Virus record (IMG/VR): IMGVR_UViG_3300042889_001305
Length of the DNA: 28,045 nt
Reading direction: 5' to 3' (one strand)
Origin: a virus
Lineage: Duplodnaviria; Heunggongvirae; Uroviricota; Caudoviricetes
Below the pieces are notes generated by a model, which worked only from the letters and a program-made list of their open reading frames with translations, was not told the origin of the DNA and ran no database searches. Positions 1-7,405 of the stretch are shown piece after piece. Every line of letters starts with the position of its first letter. Within the stretch, counting starts at the first letter, position 1. The position numbers and the translations under genes are program-made.

Positions 1-13
1 TTTATATAAATAT

Positions 14-42
14 AAAAAAAGGGAGAAATCATCTCCCTTTTT
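14..42 (-). terminator. Rho-independent terminator closing the envelope operon (possibly bidirectional)
   Basis: A7 (14-20), GGGAGA (21-26), 5-nt loop, TCTCCC (32-37), T5 (38-42). On the minus strand the hairpin is followed by U7, just after the TAA of ORF 46..300. Confidence 0.9.
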
Positions 43-45
43 AAA

Positions 46-300
46 TTATCCCAATTCTTCTTCTTTTGGTTCTTCTTTTTTATTAAAGATTTTACCCACT
101 TCAGCGATACCAAAAGCACCTAATGTTATGTACATAAATGAATTGTAAATAAATTCATTTACAAGTAATTCTTTTCCTAAATACCCAGTTACCAAATCAG
201 TAACTGCAAATGCTGTCATTACAATAAATGATGCAAACCCTACGATTGTTTTCTCATTCAAATCATTTGAATCTTTGAAAATATCAGTAAATTTAGCCAT
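46..300 (-). CDS. Small two-TM membrane protein, holin-like size and topology
   Basis: 84 aa with two hydrophobic segments (TIVGFASFIVMTAFAV; FIYNSFMYITLGAFGIA) and a highly charged C-terminus (KKEEPKEEE). Holin function is not demonstrated. Confidence 0.6.
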   Translation of the reverse strand: MAKFTDIFKDSNDLNEKTIVGFASFIVMTAFAVTDLVTGYLGKELLVNEFIYNSFMYITLGAFGIAEVGKIFNKKEEPKEEELG

Positions 301-347
301 AGTCTTTTTTCCTTTTTTTTTAATTATGAAACTATGTAACCTTTATT

Positions 348-971
348 TTATCCTACTTGTTCGGCATCTTCATCTCTGATTTTGCCACATTTTAAACATT
401 CTTCTTCACCATCACCATCTAAATCTCCCCATACGTGCTCACATTGTCTATGTGCAAAGTACATATCGATTTTACCATCTCCATCAAAATCTATACCATC
501 CATTACACCATCGCCATCTTCATCCACTTCAATACCTGTTCTTGGTTGTGTAGTTGGTACTTGTTCAAACGTATCGTTTACCTTTTCTATTTTTGAGTTT
601 TCAATAGCGGTTTGAAACGCCTCTGGTATGATTGGTGTGTTGTTTGGCGGAGTTACCGGCATATCAGCAGTGTTACTCATTGCCGTACCATCTTCCTCAT
701 CCATTTTCTGAACCAACATTTTATCTTTATCAGTATCACTAAACCAATAGTCAATGATTTTACCATAAGAACCAATGAACGCTCCTAATAACAATAATAG
801 AAGTTCTTTCCATTCACCTTCTATTGCTGATTTATTTAATATAGCGAAGAACATTCCTCCTATAATAAACATAAATCCACCCAATACCAATGCGGTGATG
901 TACCATCTTCTGGCCATCATATTACTTAATAAATCTTTAAAACCACTTGGGGGTTGATTATTTTCTGACAT
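348..971 (-). CDS. Two-TM membrane protein with a C-terminal DxDxDG Ca-binding / Cys-His Zn-binding tail
   Basis: 207 aa. TM segments YITALVLGGFMFIIGGMFFAIL and LLLLLLGAFIGSYG. Three DxDGDG motifs (DEDGDG, DFDGDG, DLDGDG). C-terminal C-x-H-x-W...CxxC. Confidence 0.65.
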   Translation of the reverse strand: MSENNQPPSGFKDLLSNMMARRWYITALVLGGFMFIIGGMFFAILNKSAIEGEWKELLLLLLGAFIGSYGKIIDYWFSDTDKDKMLVQKMDEEDGTAMSNTADMPVTPPNNTPIIPEAFQTAIENSKIEKVNDTFEQVPTTQPRTGIEVDEDGDGVMDGIDFDGDGKIDMYFAHRQCEHVWGDLDGDGEEECLKCGKIRDEDAEQVG

Positions 972-994
972 TTTACTTATTCTCTTTTTTTAAG

Positions 995-1156
995 TTACGG
1001 CCTATGTGGCCATTTCCAACCTTTTTTTCTACTTCTTATTACTAAATAACTGCTACCTCCAATAAAAGATGTTAAAAACATCAATGGAGAATTAAATACA
1101 AACATAGCTATCGTACACAATACAATTACCACTATAAAACCCAATCCTTGTTCCAT
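995..1156 (-). CDS. Small membrane protein not in the supplied ORF track
   Basis: Translated by hand: MEQGLGFIVVIVLCTIAMFVFNSPLMFLTSFIGGSSYLVIRSRKKGWKWPHRP* (53 aa). It fills the gap between flanking genes and has a hydrophobic core with a basic tail. Confidence 0.7.
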   Translation of the reverse strand: MEQGLGFIVVIVLCTIAMFVFNSPLMFLTSFIGGSSYLVIRSRKKGWKWPHRP

Positions 1157-1165
1157 TTTAAATGG

Positions 1166-1474
1166 TTACCATTTAGGTGCCTCTTCTTTAAATTCATCAC
1201 CTTCTTTTTTCTTTGGTTTTGGTGCCGGTGCTGGTTTAGCACTACCATCTCCACCCTTATTGATGATTATAGTTTTAGTACCGCCTGATACTTGTTGAGG
1301 TGCTGCTTGATTGATGTTGATTACTGGTGCTGCTTGTTGTACCGGTGTTTCATCTTTTTCACCCGTAATAATTTTTGTTACATATGCTGCAATACCTAAT
1401 GATATTGTACTCACAACTGTAATTAGGATACCTTTAAAAGATTTTCCTGTTGATTCCTCTTGTTCTTCTGCCAT
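1166..1474 (-). CDS. Single-TM protein with a Pro/Gln/Lys-rich low-complexity tail
   Basis: 102 aa. TM ILITVVSTISLGIAAYV, then QQAAP repeats and PAPAPKPKKK. GGAG lies upstream of the ATG. Confidence 0.7.
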   Translation of the reverse strand: MAEEQEESTGKSFKGILITVVSTISLGIAAYVTKIITGEKDETPVQQAAPVININQAAPQQVSGGTKTIIINKGGDGSAKPAPAPKPKKKEGDEFKEEAPKW

Positions 1475-1489
1475 TGTTAATTCTCCTAT

Positions 1490-1861
1490 TTATAGTTTGT
1501 TAAAATCCGTTATTCCTAATTGTTTACCACTTGCATCGAATAATCCTATTCTATATCCAGATGATGGTAATGCGTTTGTGTATACTTTTAAAATATTATC
1601 ACCTACCTTTACTTCACTTGTAGATTTAGATACTACTCTATTAGCAATATCAAAAATTTTAATAGTTACAGTTTGTGCTACATCACTTTTTACATTCATA
1701 GCAACTTCCGATGTTACAAATGGTGTTTGTAATTTGATACCAACCGCATTAGCTATTTTTAAATCATCAGTAGCCTGAGGTCTTATTGGTTCTATAATAT
1801 CATCTTTATAACAACCTGTTAATAGTACTGATAATGCAATTATTGAAATTAATTTTTTCAT
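1490..1861 (-). CDS. Lipoprotein whose mature part resembles a T9SS type-A C-terminal (Ig-like) domain
   Basis: Signal peptide II with lipobox LTGC followed by YKDD. Pattern VTIKIFDIANRVV...G.NIL...LPSSGYRIGL resembles Por-secretion CTDs, but there is no YPNP. Confidence 0.6.
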   Translation of the reverse strand: MKKLISIIALSVLLTGCYKDDIIEPIRPQATDDLKIANAVGIKLQTPFVTSEVAMNVKSDVAQTVTIKIFDIANRVVSKSTSEVKVGDNILKVYTNALPSSGYRIGLFDASGKQLGITDFNKL

Positions 1862-1872
1862 GTGGGTTTCCC

Positions 1873-2214
1873 TTATTTGGTTATTATTGTTGTTTTACTT
1901 ATTTCTTTTTTAGTAACATCTTCTAATAACAAATATAAATATTGAGATTGTATTGAATTCGTATAAATCTTCTTTACATTTTCTCCATTCTGTCCAATAA
2001 ACCTTTCTCTACTAACTACTTGTCCACTTTCTTTATCAATTAAAGTTAGTGTATATGTTCCAGCTGATGGTAAATCAAAATAAATAGATTGTCCGTTTAC
2101 TACTTTACTTTCACCGACACTAAATATTTTTTCAACAGTTGGAGTTGGGGTTGGTAGTTCTGGTTTAGTACACCCTACCAATAAAATCAATGATATCAAT
2201 ATTATCTTTTTCAT
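1873..2214 (-). CDS. Lipoprotein, paralog of 1490..1861, T9SS-CTD-like Ig fold
   Basis: Lipobox LVGC, Pro-rich linker PELPTPTPT, and YTLTLIDKESGQVV...G.N..KIYTNSIQS, which aligns with KVYTNALPS of the neighbour. TAATG overlap with the upstream gene. Confidence 0.55.
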   Translation of the reverse strand: MKKIILISLILLVGCTKPELPTPTPTVEKIFSVGESKVVNGQSIYFDLPSAGTYTLTLIDKESGQVVSRERFIGQNGENVKKIYTNSIQSQYLYLLLEDVTKKEISKTTIITK

Positions 2215-3107
2215 TAGAATTGAAAGTTTGTTCCTATCATAAATAGGATTGGGTTACTCTTTTTATATCCAACTGATTCACTTAATTTATCCCAAGTTGT
2301 GTTATATCTAATATTAGTATTCAATATGAATTTTTTAGTTATTTTCCAATCAATAGATGTACCATAATATAAATCCAAATTGAAATCATCAACATATGCT
2401 AAATCCGATTCAGTACCATCTTTGAATACTTTATATACATCACTCATTGCGAATATTTGTGGGGAGATGTTTACTCTTTTTGTTTTCAATGTATATGTGT
2501 ACATCACCATACCCCTATAACTCAATTCATTTGATGCCGGCATTTGTGGATATATTAAATCTTTAAAATTACCATTCTCATCAATTGTATATTTTCCTTC
2601 CCACTCGCCTTCGTATGTTCCCCAAAATGATTTTGATGCAATTACACTATATCCAAATGTTCCCCATTTTTTAGTTCTGAATACATCGATGAATGATAAT
2701 GTAATATCTTTTTGGAAATCAAAATCCGTAGAATAGAATGTTTGTATTGTAGTAGTTCTTTTTTCAGTATTTTTACTTAAACCATATCCCACACCATAAT
2801 AGTTCCATATAGGGTTTATCGATGCTGCAAATGAATGTCCCCATTGCCCATTCATAGATGATTTATGATATCCTAAATTAAGAGTAGTAGATACTTGCTT
2901 TCCGATTACACCTACCGAAAGGTTTGATGATGAAAGTACATCTTTTGAAAAATTAACATAGGATTGTAATATACCCACATCGTTCCAATCATCACTTTCT
3001 CCAAATAATTCTTTTGGTGATAGTTGTAATGTATCAGGTGTTTGTATTTGTGCGTTTGTAACAAAACTTACACAAAGTAAAAATAATATGGTTATTAGTT
3101 TTTTCAT
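2214..3107 (-). CDS. Outer-membrane beta-barrel protein
   Basis: Signal peptide MKKLITILFLLCVSFVTNA|Q. Many amphipathic aromatic-rich strands (WNYYGVGYGL, LYYGTSIDWK). C-terminal beta-signal-like FMIGTNFQF ending in Phe. Confidence 0.7.
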   Translation of the reverse strand: MKKLITILFLLCVSFVTNAQIQTPDTLQLSPKELFGESDDWNDVGILQSYVNFSKDVLSSSNLSVGVIGKQVSTTLNLGYHKSSMNGQWGHSFAASINPIWNYYGVGYGLSKNTEKRTTTIQTFYSTDFDFQKDITLSFIDVFRTKKWGTFGYSVIASKSFWGTYEGEWEGKYTIDENGNFKDLIYPQMPASNELSYRGMVMYTYTLKTKRVNISPQIFAMSDVYKVFKDGTESDLAYVDDFNLDLYYGTSIDWKITKKFILNTNIRYNTTWDKLSESVGYKKSNPILFMIGTNFQF

Positions 3108-3454
3108 CAGTCCATTATGAAAGTGTCGGTTTCAAATTCATATCTAAACGCTCCATCACCCACAAATGATACCCACCCAACTAAAATATTTTTATTTCTA
3201 TCATAAGTTGGTCCAATCCAAATCCCACCCTTACGAGTGAAATTATTATCTTGGTCTATAATAATAGTAGTTACATCTAGTACCCTCTGATGTAATTCCT
3301 TTAGCCATGCATCTGTAACAACAGGATAATCGTTTCTCATTTCTCGTATTACATCGTGAACTATTTCTTTCCAATCTCTTTGTTCGATTGGTAAAGTTTT
3401 AATATATTCTGGCCAATTAGCAACTCCAATTACCTTAAATGGTGTATCTAACAT
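3107..3454 (-). CDS. Hypothetical protein without an export signal
   Basis: 115 aa ORF. Its TGA overlaps the ATG of the beta-barrel gene (TGATG). No recognisable motif. Confidence 0.6.
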   Translation of the reverse strand: MLDTPFKVIGVANWPEYIKTLPIEQRDWKEIVHDVIREMRNDYPVVTDAWLKELHQRVLDVTTIIIDQDNNFTRKGGIWIGPTYDRNKNILVGWVSFVGDGAFRYEFETDTFIMD

Positions 3455-3459
3455 AATTT

Positions 3460-5742
3460 TTAATTTATTTTTATTTTTAATTGTGTTCCATTCTTATTAA
3501 CTGCATCAGTATTTGATATTGATGTTAATCCCAATGTACCATTTAATCCTATTAATGGTGTGAATGTTATTTTATATTCAGTTGTTTTATCTAATATAGT
3601 TGAACCATCTGTTATTAATGAACCCAATGTTACATATGTACCTCTATTAGTTCCAAAATTGGTAGGTGTCCCCTTTGTGGTGAATTCTATCTTTTCAAAC
3701 TTTAAAGCGGTATTATCATAGTTTAAATTGAATTGAGTACCGACTAATTCTTGTTGTAATGGGTCAACTGATATTGTTACTACTAACTTACCGCCAATAT
3801 TTTCACCCATCAGATATGCGTTTATTTGATTAGAAACTGAATTAGTTGCTAAACTCATACTTCGTATCGAATTGGTTGTAACACTACTTACACTTTGTTG
3901 TGCCGAATGTGAAAGATTCACATCACCTAACCAAGTTACATTTATATTGTATGTATTATTTAAACTACTCAATGTGAATGGAATTAAGTTGCGAGTTGAA
4001 TTAAATTGAGTTCCCCAATTTGATGTTGTTATTACATCGTAATCTGATTTGTTATATAATTTCATCAAATAAGTTAATGCCGTAGATTGTGAAAGTGATT
4101 GAACTCCTGTTAAATGTTGTAATAATTTATATGTATCCGATTCGTTAAATATCCCATTACCATCCACATCTGCATTTAAATACTGAATACCATTTGTTAA
4201 TCCTAATCCACTTTGGTTTCCCAATATACCTTTATCTGCCAATTCTTTAAATGCCAAATATACATCAGATACCCCTACTATATTACTATATAATGTATTT
4301 AGTTCCGTTTGGCTTGAATGAGTTAATTCCATTCCATGTGATTTGTATACCATTGCAGGTGAAAATGCAAATTCGGCTTTCGTTCCATACCAACCATCTT
4401 GTAATCTTAATTGGGCTTGAAATGTTGATGATGTTATTTTTGATGTCAAATCACCTGGCATTATATATGTTTTCCAAAAACCACTTACACTACTAATGGT
4501 AACTGGTCCATCGTATATATCAAATAATTTAATTGATGTTACATTGTTTGGAGAAACGCCCGTTCCATCAAATTCTCTTTCGTCTATTAACAATTGATGT
4601 CCACCCAAAGTTGCATTATATGGATTTATTATTGCCCATTCAGTTTGTCCAGCAGATGTTAGTGCTCTAATTCCATTTGCAGTTTTAGTAGTATCTAACA
4701 AACTTGTCAAATCAACTTTACCCAACCCACTTAATTGTTTAGCAGTTCCGTTTACTACATTCCATGTATTGTTAGTATATGTATATCCTTTTGCTGTGAA
4801 TTTAGTTTCATCTACATTACCACCAAAATCAACATTGAATTTTGCAGATAGAACTTCACCATTTGAGTGTGATACACTATTGGTATAAAACTCCGTAAAG
4901 GTTGCATCATCAGGATTAGTCCAAGTTCCATATTCAATTACATAAGGATTATTAAAATGATTAGGTAAATCGTTCCATTGAGAACCGCCACCCCATTTAG
5001 TTACTGCATAATCTTCATTACCACTATCGTTTGGTTCACCAGATGCCCAGTTGTTGTATTGACCGGGAATATTTCCGTTTAGTTGTCCGTTATTTATTTT
5101 AATTAGAGTTCCTTTTTCAGGTCCCGCATCTATCGTCCATCTAGCTTCACTTGCTTCATCGGTTAATGCAAACCAAATATTACCTTGTGGTACATTATTG
5201 AAAATAAATGCATCTTCATCGGCAGAAGTAATTGTTACCAAATATCCCGTTTGTCCTTTGAATGTGGTTAATAGAGATGCCGCTCTTGCGTTCGTATAAG
5301 TTGCTCCGGTTGTTATTGGTCTGTAAAAGTGTCCGTTTACACCATTGTAATAATATCCAACCGGATTGACTGTTGCCGCTACTGATAATAAAACATTACC
5401 TCTTACTGAACCTGTGTTTACTTTTAAGGATGCTAATGCAGTATTGATATTGGCCATTGTTCCCGTTACCACTAAACGAGTCTTATTACCTGCTAATGTA
5501 AATCCACTTGCTGCGGTCAGACCTGTTGTTGTAGTTAGGTTAAATGTTGTACCTGTTGGTGGATTAACTAAACTGATTGATGCTAACAAAGTTGATGTAG
5601 CACTAAACCCACTCAATACAAATCCACTTGCATCTTGTCCGGCAGTGGATGGTATAAACGATTTAGAGTCCGGAGCAGATACACTCTGTCCGAACCCTAA
5701 AAATGATATTAATAAGAATAATGTAACTAATAAATGTTTCAT
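3460..5742 (-). CDS. Secreted modular protein: adhesin-like N-domain, C-type lectin, unknown domain, dockerin-like motif, C-terminal cohesin-like domain
   Basis: The likely start is ATG at 5742 (MKHLLVTLFLLISFLGFGQ); the track's 5751 start is a TTG. Lectin motifs NGHFY...GYLVTITS..E...WASGEPN...EDY...WND. Dockerin-like ADVDGNGIFNESDTYKLLQHLTG. Cohesin-like GTQFNLNYDNTALKF. Confidence 0.75.
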   Translation of the reverse strand: MKHLLVTLFLLISFLGFGQSVSAPDSKSFIPSTAGQDASGFVLSGFSATSTLLASISLVNPPTGTTFNLTTTTGLTAASGFTLAGNKTRLVVTGTMANINTALASLKVNTGSVRGNVLLSVAATVNPVGYYYNGVNGHFYRPITTGATYTNARAASLLTTFKGQTGYLVTITSADEDAFIFNNVPQGNIWFALTDEASEARWTIDAGPEKGTLIKINNGQLNGNIPGQYNNWASGEPNDSGNEDYAVTKWGGGSQWNDLPNHFNNPYVIEYGTWTNPDDATFTEFYTNSVSHSNGEVLSAKFNVDFGGNVDETKFTAKGYTYTNNTWNVVNGTAKQLSGLGKVDLTSLLDTTKTANGIRALTSAGQTEWAIINPYNATLGGHQLLIDEREFDGTGVSPNNVTSIKLFDIYDGPVTISSVSGFWKTYIMPGDLTSKITSSTFQAQLRLQDGWYGTKAEFAFSPAMVYKSHGMELTHSSQTELNTLYSNIVGVSDVYLAFKELADKGILGNQSGLGLTNGIQYLNADVDGNGIFNESDTYKLLQHLTGVQSLSQSTALTYLMKLYNKSDYDVITTSNWGTQFNSTRNLIPFTLSSLNNTYNINVTWLGDVNLSHSAQQSVSSVTTNSIRSMSLATNSVSNQINAYLMGENIGGKLVVTISVDPLQQELVGTQFNLNYDNTALKFEKIEFTTKGTPTNFGTNRGTYVTLGSLITDGSTILDKTTEYKITFTPLIGLNGTLGLTSISNTDAVNKNGTQLKIKIN

Positions 5743-5743
5743 A

Positions 5744-7405
5744 TTATTCAACTATTAAGTTGATTTTATTACCTTTAGCATCTACTGCATCCGATAATAC
5801 AAAGTAGAATAATCCTGCAGTATTACTTAAAGTTTCTTTTGGTGTGAATATTAATTTATATGGAGTACCCACTTTAATTCTTGCAGTTTTTAATTGGTCA
5901 ATAGAACCAAATGTTAATCTACCATTATCATGTGTTGAGAAGTTAGTAATTGTACTTCCTGCATCGAATATTACGTTATCCAAAGTTAATTTAGATTCAT
6001 CATAATTCATTACTACTTGTAAACCTGCTAATTCTGCTTTTGTTAAAGTTGTAGTTAATACCACTTTTCCACCTTCTAATGTAGATGTAATACCTAATTT
6101 TGCTGTTTCTACCGCTAAAGTTTGATAAGCCATTGGTGCAGTACTCATAGATTTAATTGAGTTTGTACTTTTATTATTTACTGAATTAGTAAATTGTCCT
6201 GCAGTTATTTTAGATGCAATTACTGCTGGGTCTGATGAATGTGACCAGTTTAAATCACCACCCCATGCGAATACTGCATACACTTCTTTTATAGGAGTAT
6301 CAATGGTTACTTTATTCTTAACAACACCATCTAACCAACTTTGATTTAATAATCCACTATACCATTTTATTGAAGTTGAAGTTGAAGTTGGAATCATCGC
6401 AGTTGTTGACATATTCTGTCCCATCACATGTGCAAATAAAGCGTAAGAATCTGCTTCACCAAACGCAGTTTGAGTATTAGTTACTTTACCAACTTTCTTT
6501 TCTAATGCAGGTAATGTAAAATAATTTGTAGTTCCACTAATATCAGTTTGTGAATGTCCTAAAAATGCTTTGTAGGCATCTGATACAGTTACGATATTAT
6601 TCATCCACGTCTTTTGAAAGGCACCTCCAACAAATACACCTACTGAATCGCCCACTTTAACTTGTGTTGTGAAAAGAGCTTCACCACTTGCATCTAATGG
6701 TAATTGTGCAATAGGTTGTTGTGACCAATCAATATCTCCACTACCATCTGTTTTTAATTTCATCAATTGAACACTATGGTCAGTAATAGTATATCCTTGT
6801 GGATATAAAACTTTTACTTTAAATTGAGATGTATTACCTGTTACACCTGTTATAGATGAGAATCCACCACCAGTAATAGTTCCAACGTTTCCACCGGCAG
6901 TATCAGTACCAGTTGCCAAATCTATTTTGAATATGTTTGAATAAGTATTTTGGTCTTTTAAAATATATTTTTGAGTAGCTATTAATCCACTAATAGATTG
7001 GTCTGCTCTTTGAACTGTTAATTGTCCTACATTCCAATCTGCATTTACTGCATATCCCCACGGGGTTAATCCATACTGAAGATTTATATCATTATCATTT
7101 GCTCCTGCATTTGGAGTAAACTTATAGTTAGTCCAACCGGTATAAAATGTTTGTGCAGATGTACCTTGATTAAATGCAGTTGAAACATATGTTAATGCTT
7201 TATTGTTAAATTGGTATCTAAACCAAAGATAACGAGGATTAACAATGGTCTGTCCTTTTGTTAAAGTGTACTTAACTGTCAGAGTATCGCCAACTTTTAA
7301 CCCCGTTTCTGGTGTCATTGATTGACCGATTTTTAATTGTGCATTAGACGTAAATGCGATAGTGGATAGTATTAATATCCCTAAAAATGTTAATAGTTTT
7401 TTCAT
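5744..7405 (-). CDS. Secreted protein with N- and C-terminal cohesin-like domains and a degenerate dockerin-like region; paralog of 3460..5742
   Basis: Signal peptide ending TSNA|Q. N-domain LKVGDTLTVKY...FRYQFNNKALTYVS. Shared motifs VSDAYKAF / VSDVYLAF and WGGDLNWSHS / WLGDVNLSHS. C-domain AGLQVVMNYDESKL...DAVDAKG. Confidence 0.65.
   Translation of the reverse strand: MKKLLTFLGILILSTIAFTSNAQLKIGQSMTPETGLKVGDTLTVKYTLTKGQTIVNPRYLWFRYQFNNKALTYVSTAFNQGTSAQTFYTGWTNYKFTPNAGANDNDINLQYGLTPWGYAVNADWNVGQLTVQRADQSISGLIATQKYILKDQNTYSNIFKIDLATGTDTAGGNVGTITGGGFSSITGVTGNTSQFKVKVLYPQGYTITDHSVQLMKLKTDGSGDIDWSQQPIAQLPLDASGEALFTTQVKVGDSVGVFVGGAFQKTWMNNIVTVSDAYKAFLGHSQTDISGTTNYFTLPALEKKVGKVTNTQTAFGEADSYALFAHVMGQNMSTTAMIPTSTSTSIKWYSGLLNQSWLDGVVKNKVTIDTPIKEVYAVFAWGGDLNWSHSSDPAVIASKITAGQFTNSVNNKSTNSIKSMSTAPMAYQTLAVETAKLGITSTLEGGKVVLTTTLTKAELAGLQVVMNYDESKLTLDNVIFDAGSTITNFSTHDNGRLTFGSIDQLKTARIKVGTPYKLIFTPKETLSNTAGLFYFVLSDAVDAKGNKINLIVE

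Noticed and set aside
7-37. Fourth Bacteroidota-type promoter at the left edge (TATATTTA on the minus strand at 7-14)
   Set aside because: The position 19 nt upstream reads GGGA, part of the terminator stem, not TTGG/TTTG. The downstream gene is outside the window.
1166-2214. Spanin pair (TM protein plus lipoproteins)
   Set aside because: There is no coiled-coil periplasmic domain or nested gene arrangement, the lipoproteins look Ig/CTD-like, and no endolysin is in the window. It is kept only as a minor alternative.
4925-5340. C-type lectin as the target of a diversity-generating retroelement
   Set aside because: There is no reverse transcriptase and no template/variable repeat pair in the window. 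The domain is an internal classical EPN/WND lectin, not a C-terminal DGR-type CLec.
6371-6391. GAAGTT x3 microrepeat in the 553-aa protein
   Set aside because: It is an in-frame hexamer encoding TSTSTS in an S/T-rich linker, too short to argue for phase variation.
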